Assembly: GCA_965216605.1 (NCBI GenBank)
Contig: CBDCGG010000002.1
Location: forward strand, 519,871 to 583,870
DNA: 64,000 nucleotides
Source: Alphaproteobacteria bacterium
GTDB lineage: Bacteria; Pseudomonadota; Alphaproteobacteria; JABAAW01
Direction: 5' to 3'
In this document: piece by piece, positions 45,461 to 55,261 of the stretch
How positions within the stretch are numbered: position 1 is the stretch's first letter
Layout: each line of letters starts with the position of its first letter
Notes under the pieces: model-generated
Seen by the model: only the letters and a program-made list of their open reading frames with translations
Database searches by the model: none
What the model was told of the DNA's origin: nothing
Position numbers and translations under genes: made by a program

Positions 45461-46599
45461 CGGAAAAAAAACCAACCTCACGAATCGTCTCGCCCAAATC
45501 TATCGAGCAGCAGGAGTCGTCTCAAAAATCGTCGCAAGAAATGACGCAAGAGATAACACAAGAGTCTTCGCAAGGATCACGATCACATAGACCGACACAT
45601 TTTTCGGATTTTATCGGTCAGAAATCGCTCTGCCGCAACCTTTCGGTGTTTTTAGAATCGGCACGCTTGCGCGGAGAGCCATTAGATCATCTGTTGCTGT
45701 GCGGTCCTCCGGGCTTGGGGAAGACGACCTTGGCGCGCATCGTCGCCGCCGAGATGAACGCGCCCTTTCGTGCCACCTCAGGGCCTGTTGTGACGAAGGC
45801 GGGCGATCTCGCGGCGTTGCTGACGGATTGCGAGGCGGGAGAGGTGTTCTTTATCGACGAGATTCATCGCTTGCCGAGCGCGGTCGAAGAGCTACTTTAC
45901 GGAGCGATGGAAGATCGCAGCTTGGATATCGTGATCGGCGCAGGGGCTAGCGCGCGCTCGGTGCGTCTTTCGCTTGCCCCCTTCACGCTGGTGGGGGCGA
46001 CGACGCGCCCTGGCTTGATCGCGCGTCCGCTGCGCGAGCGATTCGGCATCCCGTTGGATTTTGTGTTTTACGAGACGCAGGAACTCGCAGAGATTTTGCG
46101 CCGTGCAGCCGTGCGTAGCGCGCTTCCCGTCCCGCTGAGCGAGGAGGGCGCTTTGACGATCGCAGCCCGCAGCCGTGCGACACCGCGCATAGCGTTGCGT
46201 TTGTTGCGCCGCATCGCCGACTTTGCCATCGTTGCGCGCACGCAAGAGATCGATCAACGCTGTGCTGAGCAGGCCTTGCAGCAATTGGGCGTAGACGAGG
46301 GCGGCTTGGATAGGCTGGATCGCGACTACCTCTCCCTGTTGGCGACGCGCTTCGGGGGAGGCCCTGCAGGTGTCGAGACGCTGGCAGCCGCCCTCTCGCA
46401 GGAAAAAGATGTGTTAGAGGAGGTCGTCGAGCCTTTCTTGTTGCAGCAGGGATTGCTGGAAAAAACAGCGCGAGGACGACAATTAAGCACCGCAGGGTGG
46501 ACGCGCTGCGGAATCAAACGCACGCGCAAAGATCAACGCTGTCATCAGCATGAGCCGCAAGAAGATATCTTCTCCGAAAACTCGCCTGAAAAATTGTAG
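45457..46599 (+). CDS. ruvB: Holliday junction ATPase RuvB with a Q/S/E-rich N-terminal insertion and a C-terminal extension
   Basis: It has Walker A 'GPPGLGKTTLA' and Walker B 'FIDEIHRL'. The inserted 'QQESSQKSSQEMTQEITQESSQ' lies before the conserved 'FSDFIGQ'. Confidence 0.9.
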   Translation: MTEKKPTSRIVSPKSIEQQESSQKSSQEMTQEITQESSQGSRSHRPTHFSDFIGQKSLCRNLSVFLESARLRGEPLDHLLLCGPPGLGKTTLARIVAAEMNAPFRATSGPVVTKAGDLAALLTDCEAGEVFFIDEIHRLPSAVEELLYGAMEDRSLDIVIGAGASARSVRLSLAPFTLVGATTRPGLIARPLRERFGIPLDFVFYETQELAEILRRAAVRSALPVPLSEEGALTIAARSRATPRIALRLLRRIADFAIVARTQEIDQRCAEQALQQLGVDEGGLDRLDRDYLSLLATRFGGGPAGVETLAAALSQEKDVLEEVVEPFLLQQGLLEKTARGRQLSTAGWTRCGIKRTRKDQRCHQHEPQEDIFSENSPEKL

Positions 46600-46606
46600 A
46601 GGCACG

Positions 46607-47062
46607 ATGACGCTACTCGATCAAAAAAATACTGCCACGAACGACAAAGTTTGGCGATATTCGTTGCGAGTCTATTACGAGGACACGGACGCAGGGGGTG
46701 TAGTTTATTACGCGAACTATCTCAAGTTTGCCGAGCGCGCGCGCAGTACGTTGTTGCGCGAGGCGGGCATGGCGGTTTCGCACATGGCAGCGACGCGCGG
46801 TATCCTTTTCGTTGTTCAGTATTGCAGCTGCCGCTATGCGCGTGTGGCGCGTCTCGACGATCTGCTAGTTGTCGAGACGCTTTGTCTCCAAGCGCGCGGC
46901 GCACGCTTAGAGCTGCTACAGAATGTTCTGTTGGAGAAAGACGCTACGCTGGTAGCTGAGCTCAAGGTCACGCTCGCGCTGGTCGATGCGCAAACGCACA
47001 AACCCTGCCGCATACCCTCCGATGTGGCAACCTTGTTTGGCGGGCATTGCGAAAGGAAATAA
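46607..47062 (+). CDS. ybgC: Tol-Pal-associated acyl-CoA thioesterase YbgC (4HBT family)
   Basis: It has 'YEDTDAGGVVYYANYLKFAERAR'. It lies immediately upstream of tolQ. Confidence 0.75.
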   Translation: MTLLDQKNTATNDKVWRYSLRVYYEDTDAGGVVYYANYLKFAERARSTLLREAGMAVSHMAATRGILFVVQYCSCRYARVARLDDLLVVETLCLQARGARLELLQNVLLEKDATLVAELKVTLALVDAQTHKPCRIPSDVATLFGGHCERK

Positions 47063-47142
47063 TTTGCTACACTATTTTTGTTGCGATGTTGCGACTTAAG
47101 ATTTTACTTTAACTTACACCCTCTACCTTTCACTCCCTGCTT

Positions 47143-47832
47143 ATGTCTCAAGAATCGTTCGGTTTTACCTCGCTATTGTTGTCTGCGCACTGGGTCGTGC
47201 AGCTTGTTCTCGCTTTGCTGGCGTTTGCTTCGGTTTTGAGCTGGGCAATCGCGCTGAAAAAGTACGCCGAGATGAAAACGACCGTTTTTCTGAATCACCG
47301 CTTTTGGCTGCGCTTTCATCACGAGAGCTCGATTCTGAAACTCTCGCAAGAGCTGCGCGAGGGCGATCGTTGTCCCTTGGTGCGCCTGTTTCTTTCGGCG
47401 ATGGAGGAATGGAAGATGTCTACCAAACACCGCCACGCGCAAAGGCAAACTTTGGAAGAGCGTATCGCGCGTATCTTGAGTTTACGCCTGCTGGAGGAAA
47501 ACGCACGAAGCGAACGTCTTTTGCCGCTCCTCGCTACGATAGGCTCGACTGCACCCTTCGTGGGGCTATTCGGCACGGTGTGGGGCATTATGAACAGCTT
47601 CCGCTCGATCGCGGCGACCCAACAATCTAGCCTCGCCGTCGTCGCGCCGGGCATCGCCGAGGCACTTTTTGCAACCGCGCTTGGGTTGCTCGCCGCCATT
47701 CCGGCGACGATCTTCTACAACCTGCTGCTGGTGCGCGCCAATCGTATTCACTTGGATTTGGAAGCCTTCGTCGAGCAACTGACGATAAAATTCTCGCGGC
47801 AGTTCGACGATATGGCAACTGCTAATCGTTAA
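47143..47832 (+). CDS. tolQ: Tol-Pal system protein TolQ
   Basis: It is a MotA/TolQ/ExbB 3-TM protein with 'LATIGSTAPFVGLFGTVWGIMNSF'. Confidence 0.85.
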   Translation: MSQESFGFTSLLLSAHWVVQLVLALLAFASVLSWAIALKKYAEMKTTVFLNHRFWLRFHHESSILKLSQELREGDRCPLVRLFLSAMEEWKMSTKHRHAQRQTLEERIARILSLRLLEENARSERLLPLLATIGSTAPFVGLFGTVWGIMNSFRSIAATQQSSLAVVAPGIAEALFATALGLLAAIPATIFYNLLLVRANRIHLDLEAFVEQLTIKFSRQFDDMATANR

Positions 47833-47867
47833 TCTCTGCTCGTCGATCGCCACACGCGACTTTTTTT

Positions 47868-48296
47868 ATGCCTGCCCCTCTTCCCTCCGTTCGTGCGCTT
47901 CGCTTTCGTCAGAGGACGCTGATCGATGCCATCAATGTCACCCCCTTCATCGATGTGATGCTGGTACTGCTCGTCATCTTTATGGTCACCGCACCCCTGT
48001 TGAGCGTCGGGTTGGAGGTCGAACTGCCGCAGAGCGACGCGAAACCCCTGCAAGCGAAAGAACAACCCCTCGTCGTCTCGATTCGCAAGGACGGCTCCGT
48101 CTTTCTGCAAGAAACGCGCGTGACAGAAAAAACGCTCGTCAAACACTTGACGGCACTCGCGGCGGGCAACAGCAATATCGCCATCTACATCCGCGGCGAC
48201 CGCAGGCTGCGCTACGCACAAGTCTTGCGGGTGATGGGACGCGTCAATCGCGCAGGATTCGAGCGCGTCTCGCTCGTCACCGACCAACTGCGATAA
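47868..48296 (+). CDS. tolR: Tol-Pal system protein TolR (ExbD family)
   Basis: It has a single TM 'INVTPFIDVMLVLLVIFMV' plus a periplasmic domain. Confidence 0.8.
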   Translation: MPAPLPSVRALRFRQRTLIDAINVTPFIDVMLVLLVIFMVTAPLLSVGLEVELPQSDAKPLQAKEQPLVVSIRKDGSVFLQETRVTEKTLVKHLTALAAGNSNIAIYIRGDRRLRYAQVLRVMGRVNRAGFERVSLVTDQLR

Positions 48297-48321
48297 GCTA
48301 ACCGCGTCTCTATCCTTCGCC

Positions 48322-49189
48322 TTGTCGTTTTCTCTTGCCATGAAAGGCTTCCTGCTACGCCCCTTCGACGAGCGTAGCATGTCGGAAACGCTAGCTTTCT
48401 CCGCGCTCGTGCACGCCATGCTGTTCTTTTCTGGCACGCTGCTCGCATGGCTTTTGCCGCGCTATATCGAGCCCTTCCCCTCGACGCGCGTCGAGATCAT
48501 CTCGGAAGCAGAACTGCAACAACGGCTAAAAACCTACCGCACCGAAGCGAAAACAACCCCTCGTGAAACTCTGCCGCAAGAGCAACCCGCAACCGAGCAA
48601 CCCACGACTGAACAGCAAAAAGCAGAGCAGCCCACGGCTAAACAGCCCACGGAACAGAGCGCGGCTGTTAAAAAGCCTCCTAAGGAGCGGGTTGGCGAAG
48701 CAACAACGCAAGAAAAGCCTAAAGATACGATCGATGGTCTGCTCACGGCTTTGGAGGAGACTTCGAACGAGGAAGCAAGTTTGGAGGAATCGTTGGGAAT
48801 CGTTGGACGCAGCACTGGCAGAATCGGAGATCGAGACATCTTTTCTGACCTCCGAGTCCGTCGAGTCCGTTCTAACGCAACGCGAGCTTGCCACCTTCCG
48901 CCGTCATATCACGCAATGCTGGAGTCCGCCTGTCGGCGCGCCTGCGTTGGAGAATCTTGTTGTGGATCTGCTGCTAACTATCGACGGCAATGCCTATGTC
49001 GTGGATGCGCTGGTGATGGATCGAGCGCGCATGACGAGCGATCCTTTTTTCCGTAGCGCGGCAGAGGCAGCTCTACGCACGCTTTCGGACGCAGCCTGCT
49101 CGCCGTTGCGCTTACCTTTGGAAAAACATGCCTTGTGGAAAAAAACGGTTCTGCGCTTTGACCCGCGCAGTCTGTTCGGAGGAAACTAG
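48322..49189 (+). pseudogene. tolA: tolA interrupted by a +1 frameshift caused by a 10-bp tandem duplication (GAATCGTTGG x2 at 48787-48806)
   Basis: The N-terminal TM plus Q/E/K/P-rich domain II reads in frame 1 (48322...), and the conserved C-terminal domain ('ATFRRHITQCWSPPVG...') reads in frame 2 to the stop at 49189. Deleting one copy of the duplicated decamer restores one continuous ORF ('...EASLEESLDAALAESEIETSF...'). Confidence 0.6.
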
Positions 49190-49196
49190 AGGAGGC

Positions 49197-50528
49197 ATGG
49201 CACGTCTTGTCTTCCTGTTGTTCGCAAACCTGCTGTGGCTGGGTATTGTTTCGAATCCTGCCTCGGCGCAGTTGCGCATCGACATTCAGGACGGGATTTT
49301 CCGTCCGATAAAACTTGCGATCACCGACATCGTGCGCGAGCGTGCGGGACGCAAGACGGCGAGTGTTGTGCGTAGCGTTTTAGAATCGGATCTGACGCGC
49401 GCGGGCTTGATCGAGATTGTCGAGCGCGATGCGCTCATTCAAACAGCCCTTGCTTTGAGCGAGACGCCTCCTTTTGCTGTCTTTCGTATTGCGGGTGCGG
49501 ACGCGCTCGCCACGATTTCGCTCAACAAGAGGGGCAGGGTTCTGACGGCTACCTTGCAGATTTGGGATGTCAACCTGGAGCGTCCGCTTGCACGCGAGAC
49601 GCTGAGCGCGCGTTCTGAGCGTGTGCTTGCGCATAAAATTGCGGATGCCATTTACAGCCGTCTGACTGGAGAGAAGGGATATTTCAACAGCCGTATTTTG
49701 TATGTCTCGGAGATCGTGCGCAAGAAGCGGCGTTGGAAGAGGCTGGAGGTCATGGATGCGGACGGCGCGAACGTACGCTATCTAACACGCGGACGGCGTA
49801 CTTTGGTGTTGAACCCCCGTTTTTCGCCTGACGGCAGCAAGGCGATTTATACGGCACTCACGCACAAGAGGAGTTCGATCCGTCTGATCGATCTGACGCG
49901 CAAGAGCCGCGAGCAGATTCTGCCTTTGGGGAAGGGACTTGTTTATGCGGCGCGTTTTGCGCCTAACAACCGCGGCATTGTTTATGCGCAGTCTTTGTCG
50001 GGCAACAGCGAGATCTTCACTTACGACCTTAGGACGCAGCGTCGTCGTCGTCTGACGGTGCATCCTTCGATCGACACTTCTCCTAGTTTTTCGCCGGACG
50101 GGGGTTATGTTGCTTTTGTTTCGGATCGCAGCGGCTCGCCGCAGATTTATGTGATGACGCGGCGCGGCACGCATGTTCAACGAGTGAGTTTTGACAAGGG
50201 ATCGTTTTCCACGCCGATATGGTCGCCGCGCGGCGATCGGATTGCTTTCACGCGGCAGCTTTACGGCAGGTTTGGGGTGGGTGTGATGCGTACGGACGGC
50301 AGTGATTTGCGTATTCTTGCTGAGGGATTTCGGGTGGAGGGACCCAGTTGGTCGCCGAACGGCAGGGTATTAGTTTTCTTTAACAAGCAGCGGACGCCTA
50401 AGGGGGCACGTGCGGGGCGGTCTCGATTGATGACGGTGGATGTAACAGGGCGGTTTTTACGGGAATTGCCGACGAGGCATAACGCTTATGACCCTAGTTG
50501 GTCGCACGCGCGCGAGGAGACGGAGTGA
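49197..50528 (+). CDS. tolB: Tol-Pal system beta-propeller protein TolB
   Basis: It has a signal peptide, an N-terminal domain and a WD-like propeller with repeated 'SP.FSPDG' and 'P.WSP.G' motifs. A GGAGG RBS is present. The start is at the internal Met 49197, just after the tolA stop. Confidence 0.9.
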   Translation: MARLVFLLFANLLWLGIVSNPASAQLRIDIQDGIFRPIKLAITDIVRERAGRKTASVVRSVLESDLTRAGLIEIVERDALIQTALALSETPPFAVFRIAGADALATISLNKRGRVLTATLQIWDVNLERPLARETLSARSERVLAHKIADAIYSRLTGEKGYFNSRILYVSEIVRKKRRWKRLEVMDADGANVRYLTRGRRTLVLNPRFSPDGSKAIYTALTHKRSSIRLIDLTRKSREQILPLGKGLVYAARFAPNNRGIVYAQSLSGNSEIFTYDLRTQRRRRLTVHPSIDTSPSFSPDGGYVAFVSDRSGSPQIYVMTRRGTHVQRVSFDKGSFSTPIWSPRGDRIAFTRQLYGRFGVGVMRTDGSDLRILAEGFRVEGPSWSPNGRVLVFFNKQRTPKGARAGRSRLMTVDVTGRFLRELPTRHNAYDPSWSHAREETE

Positions 50529-50639
50529 TTTTTACGGGCGCAAAACATCGTGCTCACGCGAAAGATACGGGCTTTGTTCAATTGGGGAATGCACGCAAGA
50601 CGAGCGAGCCTTAAAATTATTTTTGGGCGAAGTGAGTTT

Positions 50640-50775
50640 TGCGCACAGGGGGCGTGGGGAGTTTCCAACCCCCCGCAAAAGACCCCGCGTCAGCGGGGCG
50701 CGTAAGCGCGCTTTTCTAGCGCGTAGCCTCTTATTCAAAAGCGCGAGGGGGGATAAATTCCCCTCGCAGAAACGC
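50640..50775. repeat. Copy C of the ~140-bp dispersed intergenic repeat family
   Basis: It lies between tolB and a convergent downstream gene, where pal would be expected. It shares AAAGACCCCGCGTCAGCG / GCGCGTAAGCGCGC / TAGCCTCTTATTCAAAAGCGC and a GAGGGGGGATAAATTCCCCTCGC hairpin. Confidence 0.8.
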
Positions 50776-50905
50776 GCAAGCTGACTCGTAACGCGGTAGA
50801 GCGTCTTTAATTTTGCCTAGAAGATAGAGAGGAAAAGAATCGCATGTAGCGCGTCTCTTGCCATGCCGCGTTAGATAGAGGGTGTGGAGTGAAAACTGCC
50901 CTAGC

Positions 50906-51301
50906 CTACCCTGCGCCCTGCCCCAACAACAAAGTGGCAAGCCCAATCATTGTCGCCATGAGTGTCGCCATCACAGAAAACCCTATAACCATCATTTGTC
51001 GCAAACCCCTCATCTGCTCCTGCATCGCCTGATTCTCCGCCCTCAATGCCTGATTCTCCGCCTTTGTCTCTGTCCTCAACGCCCGAATCTCCGCCTTCAC
51101 CTCTTTAATGTCCGCCTTCAGCTCTATCTTTACCGCCTGAGTCTCCGCCTTCGTCGCAACAGCTCGCATAATCTCGCGCAAAACATCGCAAAGCGCACGA
51201 GCTTGCCCCTCGTCCCATCCCCCTTCTCGCAATCGGTCGACAACCCTTTGCGTGTCAAAATTCACCGTTCCATTCGACACTCTTTCCGTTTCCTCCAACA
51301 T
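50906..51301 (-). CDS. Coiled-coil protein with C-terminal TM anchor (DUF1640-like)
   Basis: It has heptad-like 'KIELKADIKEVKAEIRALRTETKAENQALRAENQAMQEQMRGLRQM' followed by the hydrophobic 'VIGFSVMATLMATMIGLATLLL'. Confidence 0.4.
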   Translation of the reverse strand: MLEETERVSNGTVNFDTQRVVDRLREGGWDEGQARALCDVLREIMRAVATKAETQAVKIELKADIKEVKAEIRALRTETKAENQALRAENQAMQEQMRGLRQMMVIGFSVMATLMATMIGLATLLLGQGAG

Positions 51302-51609
51302 AACGACAATCGCCCTTTTCCAAAGCCCCTAAAACAAATCTCCTGATTCGAACGATACCTACTACCCGTCCGAAAGTCAAGCCCGCACAGACGCACTTGT
51401 GCGTAGAAGGCGCACCAAATATCATGGACGCACACGGCAAGCCGTGCGCTATGGCACCTCGCTGACGCGGGATCTTTTGCGAGGGATTACTCCCGCGCGC
51501 TCCCGCGCACGCTTCGCGTGCGCATGTTTTGCGCCCGTCATCATACAAAGCAAGCCTGTTGCGCGAGCGCATGCCTTCAAAACAAACAAAAGAACCGGCG
51601 CGTAGCACA

Positions 51610-53055
51610 CTACTTGCCAATGCAAAAGTCGGCAAAAATCCTATCCAATAACGCCTCAATATCACGACCCCCCACAAGCCTCGCCATCGCCCCCTGCGCA
51701 TCCCGCAATCCCTCGCCAACAAGTCCCCAATCCGTCTGCTCCCTCGTCTCCTCCTCCAAAACCCCCCGCAACCCAACGATCGCCTCAAGCAATCCCTCCC
51801 TGTGACGCGCCCGCGTCGGAGCAACAGCCGAAAGCATCGATACTCTCTCCCCCAAAGCACATCCCAAAGCCTCAAGAAAAATTCCCATACCCTCCCCCGT
51901 CCGCGCCGACACAAGAAAAACCCCCGCAGGCAGAGAAAACCCACGCCGATTCGATCTAATCCTAACTTCCTCGTCAAGCAGATCGCTCTTGTTAAAAAGA
52001 AGTATGTCTGGCTTAAACCCCTCTTCCTCGCCATCATCAATGGTCTCTTTTTTCGCCCCGCTCGACAATCCCTCAAGCGTCTTCCTGCTTGCCAACTCCT
52101 CAAGCGTCTTCTCGCACGCCTCCTCGACGCGAACGACAAGATCTGCCTCCTTCGCACTCGCTTGCGCACGACGGATGCCCTCGGCTTCGACCGCATCCTC
52201 AGCACGCCGCAACCCCGCCGTGTCGAGAAGATCTACAGGCAACGACGCTATCTCCGTGCGCACACGCAACACATCGCGCGTCGTGCCAGGGGTCTCGGCA
52301 ACGATGGCGACCTCGCTCAAGGCAATGCTGTTCAACAACGACGACTTCCCCACATTCGGCGCACCCGTAAAAGCAACCGAAAGTCCTGTCCGCACACGCT
52401 CTGCACTCTCTCCAAGCGCGAGATGAGTCTCGATCTGCTCGACAAGATTTCGCAACTCTGCGCTTCGCAACTCCGCATCTTGTTGCGACGAAGGGAGGTC
52501 TTCATCGGCAAAATCGATGTGCGCCTCGCATTGGCAGAGCAAGGCAAAGATGCGCGCTTCCCACCCCCCGTAGAGCGTAGCGAGCACACCCTCGCTTTGC
52601 GCGAAAGCCTGCCTGCGCTGCGCCTGCGTCTCGGCGGCGACAAGGTCCAGCAACCCCTCGGCTTGCGTGAGCGAGATCTTTCCTGCTACAAGCGCGCGAC
52701 GAGTGAACTCGCCGCGTTTCGCTTGTCGCAAAGCCAGCTGCGGATGGCTGCGCCAAGCGTCCAGCACAGCTTCGACAGCAGCACGCGAGCCGTGACAATG
52801 GATTTCCACCATGTCCTCGCCGCTGTAGCTTTTGGGCGCGCAAAAGCGCACGGTCATCGCGCGATCGATCGGCTCGAAGGTGGAGGGATGCTTCAGCAGA
52901 CGCGGTAGCAACTGCGCGTGGGCTTGCAAGCGTCCCTGCAGACATTCGAGCGCGAGGAAAGCCTGCTCGCCCGATACACGCAACACAGAAATAGCAACGC
53001 GACCTGTGCCGCTTGCCAGCGCGTAGATGGTGTCGGCGTTATCGGTTGCGGACAT
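51610..53055 (-). CDS. mnmE: tRNA modification GTPase MnmE (TrmE)
   Basis: It has the N-terminus 'TIYALASGTGRVAISVLRVSG', a G-domain 'GAPNVGKSSLLN', and the C-terminus '...FADFCIGK'. The track ORF extends further upstream into Arg-rich read-through; the start is at the internal Met 53055. Confidence 0.85.
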   Translation of the reverse strand: MSATDNADTIYALASGTGRVAISVLRVSGEQAFLALECLQGRLQAHAQLLPRLLKHPSTFEPIDRAMTVRFCAPKSYSGEDMVEIHCHGSRAAVEAVLDAWRSHPQLALRQAKRGEFTRRALVAGKISLTQAEGLLDLVAAETQAQRRQAFAQSEGVLATLYGGWEARIFALLCQCEAHIDFADEDLPSSQQDAELRSAELRNLVEQIETHLALGESAERVRTGLSVAFTGAPNVGKSSLLNSIALSEVAIVAETPGTTRDVLRVRTEIASLPVDLLDTAGLRRAEDAVEAEGIRRAQASAKEADLVVRVEEACEKTLEELASRKTLEGLSSGAKKETIDDGEEEGFKPDILLFNKSDLLDEEVRIRSNRRGFSLPAGVFLVSARTGEGMGIFLEALGCALGERVSMLSAVAPTRARHREGLLEAIVGLRGVLEEETREQTDWGLVGEGLRDAQGAMARLVGGRDIEALLDRIFADFCIGK

Positions 53056-53063
53056 CGCGTGGT

Positions 53064-53654
53064 TCAACCGATTTTTTGTCGTGCTTCGATTGCCGTAGAC
53101 AGCGTTCCTTCGTCCATATAGTCGAGCTCGCCTCCCACCGGCACGCCGCGCGCTAGCCGAGAGGTTTTGACACCCAAGCGCGCCAAGCGTGCGGCGATGT
53201 AGTGGGCGGTCGTTTGTCCTTCTAGCGTGAGATTTGTTGCAAGGATAACCTCGCGCACCTCGAATTCTCTGACGCGCTGTTCGAGAGTTTTGAGCCTGAG
53301 ATCGTCGGGACCGATGCCGTTGAGCGCGGACAGAACGCCGCCTAGAACATGGTATTGCCCTCGGTAGCAATCGCTGCGCTCCAACGCCCACAGGTCGGCG
53401 ATTTGCTCGACGACGCAGAGCAGGCTACGGTCGCGCTTGCTATCCAGACAGAGGTGGCAGGGCGAGCGTTCGTCCCAATTGCCGCAAACGCTACACACCG
53501 CGAGAGTATCGGCAAGCTGCCGCAAGTCTTGAGCAAGTGGCAACAAAAGGGTTTCGCGCCGCGCTAAAAGATGTTGCACAACGCGCCGTGCCGAGCGCGG
53601 ACCCAACCCCGGCAGACGCGCGAGCAGACGGGTTAAATTTTCTACCTGCTTCAC
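53064..53654 (-). CDS. recR: Recombination protein RecR
   Basis: It has an HhH 'LPGLGPRSARRVVQHLL', a C4 zinc finger 'CSVCGNWDERSPCHLC', and a Toprim domain. Confidence 0.85.
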   Translation of the reverse strand: MKQVENLTRLLARLPGLGPRSARRVVQHLLARRETLLLPLAQDLRQLADTLAVCSVCGNWDERSPCHLCLDSKRDRSLLCVVEQIADLWALERSDCYRGQYHVLGGVLSALNGIGPDDLRLKTLEQRVREFEVREVILATNLTLEGQTTAHYIAARLARLGVKTSRLARGVPVGGELDYMDEGTLSTAIEARQKIG

Positions 53655-54496
53655 GGCGATGCCTCTGCCAGCAGCTCTTCTACGAGCTTGGGTATTTCAA
53701 GCGACGCCTTGCCGTAGCGATGCTCTTCGAACAGGGGAGAGATTTCGGTGGCTTCGATATTGACCTCCAGCGTCCGAGCAGCCTGCGCGTGCGAGACGAA
53801 TCCCGCCGCGGGATAAACCGCGCCCGCCGTTCCCACCGCGATGAACAGGCGGCATTGTTCCAACAACTTATAGACGAGCGGCAGCTTGTAAGGCACTTCG
53901 CCGAACCACACGACATCAGGACGCATCCCCCCCGCAGCCCTGCAGGCTTGACAGACGCTAGTAGCAGAGAGGTCTTCTTCGCAACGCGCCCGCGCATCGC
54001 AAAGCGAACAGAGCGAGCGCAAAGTCTCGCCGTGAATATGGACGATATTGCTATCATCTCGCCCTACCGCCTTCGTTGCTTTCGCTGCTTTCTTTGTCTT
54101 GTCGCCGAGAATTTTTTGTACTGCGCGTTCGTGGAGGTCGTCGATGTTTTGTGTCACAATAATGCAGGAGGCTTGCCAGCCTTGTTGCAATTTTGCCAGC
54201 GCGAGGTGGGCGGCATTCGGTTGAATATTGTCGTTTAACAGCTCCGCGCGTCGTTTATTGTAGAACTCTTGGACGAGGGCGGGATTTTTGCGCCAGCCCT
54301 CGATGCTTGCCACTTTTTGCGGATCGTAGCGATCCCAAATGCCGCCCTTGTCGCGAAAGGTATCCAGCCCCGATTCGCGCGAGATCCCTGCGCCCGTGAG
54401 AATAACGATGGGGCAAGAAGACCTGCAAGTAGCGCTCATCAAACGCTCATCGTTGGAAGAAGGGGTGTTCCGCTCGGTCGCCCGTGGCGAGCTCAA
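53651..54496 (-). CDS. cobB: Sir2-family NAD-dependent protein deacylase (CobB-like) with an internal Lys/Ala-rich insertion
   Basis: It has 'ILTGAGISRESGLDTFRDKGGIW', 'QNIDDLHERA' and a zinc-ribbon Cys pair. The insertion is 'GDKTKKAAKATKAVGRDDS'. Confidence 0.75.
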   Translation of the reverse strand: MSSPRATERNTPSSNDERLMSATCRSSCPIVILTGAGISRESGLDTFRDKGGIWDRYDPQKVASIEGWRKNPALVQEFYNKRRAELLNDNIQPNAAHLALAKLQQGWQASCIIVTQNIDDLHERAVQKILGDKTKKAAKATKAVGRDDSNIVHIHGETLRSLCSLCDARARCEEDLSATSVCQACRAAGGMRPDVVWFGEVPYKLPLVYKLLEQCRLFIAVGTAGAVYPAAGFVSHAQAARTLEVNIEATEISPLFEEHRYGKASLEIPKLVEELLAEASP

Positions 54497-55088
54497 AGCG
54501 CGAGACGCTGTTGGCGGAAAGTTCCAACACGGCGGAGATAGCTTGCGTTGATCTTATCCGTGTAAGCGACAGGGGAGTCGTCCTTTCGACGATTTGCACG
54601 ACCTTGCCCTCACGGTCGAGGAACAGCATGTCCAGCGGAAGGTAGGTATTCTTCATCCACATGACAACTCGCTGCGGTGGAGAGTGCAGGAAGAGCATGC
54701 CGTGCTTGGCGGCAAGCCTCGTGCGAAACATGAGCCCGCGGCTTTGCTCGGCGGGCGAGACGGCAAGCTCCACGCTGAACTTGTGGAGAGTGCCTGCGCG
54801 CGTGCGAAGAAGCAGCGTCTCCGAGCTTTGCTCCGATTCCGTCTCCGAGCTTTTTGTATCGCCTTGTGTTTGCGCGGAGGCGGCAGAAACAACAGAAACA
54901 ACAGAAACAGCTTGGACGACGAGAAAACTCGCCAAAAGCACGGGGAGGCTTGTTCGCAGGCAACGCGGCAGCGCAGCAAGGGCGGGGGGGCGGGGGGGCG
55001 GACAGGCGAACGAACAGAGAGGCGACGAAGGGGCGGGCGACGAAGGAGTGGGCGACGAAGGGGGGCTATGGTGCTCTTGGTCGGTCAT
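54447..55088 (-). CDS. DUF192-domain periplasmic protein
   Basis: The C-terminal 'GLMFR...GMLFL...PLDMLFLD..G.VV.I...T.P' pattern matches DUF192/COG1430. The N-terminus is S/P-rich low complexity and the start is uncertain (it overlaps cobB). Confidence 0.5.
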   Translation of the reverse strand: MTDQEHHSPPSSPTPSSPAPSSPLCSFACPPPRPPALAALPRCLRTSLPVLLASFLVVQAVSVVSVVSAASAQTQGDTKSSETESEQSSETLLLRTRAGTLHKFSVELAVSPAEQSRGLMFRTRLAAKHGMLFLHSPPQRVVMWMKNTYLPLDMLFLDREGKVVQIVERTTPLSLTRIRSTQAISAVLELSANSVSRFELATGDRAEHPFFQR

Positions 55089-55261
55089 GGCGCAAGCAGT
55101 ATAGCCTTGTTTTCTCGCTTTGTTTTCTTGACTTGTTTTATTGGGGCAGAGGCGGTTGTTAAAACACCTACTACTAGTGGTAGAAGTTAATTTTCATCTC
55201 TATTGCAAGGATTCTCTTTTTTGGCAAAATTCAATCCTATCCAAAAAAGGGAGGCGCATGT

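Noticed and set aside
51255-52205. A 316-aa ORF overlapping mnmE
   Set aside because: It is an Arg-rich off-frame translation. The mnmE frame has clear G-domain motifs.
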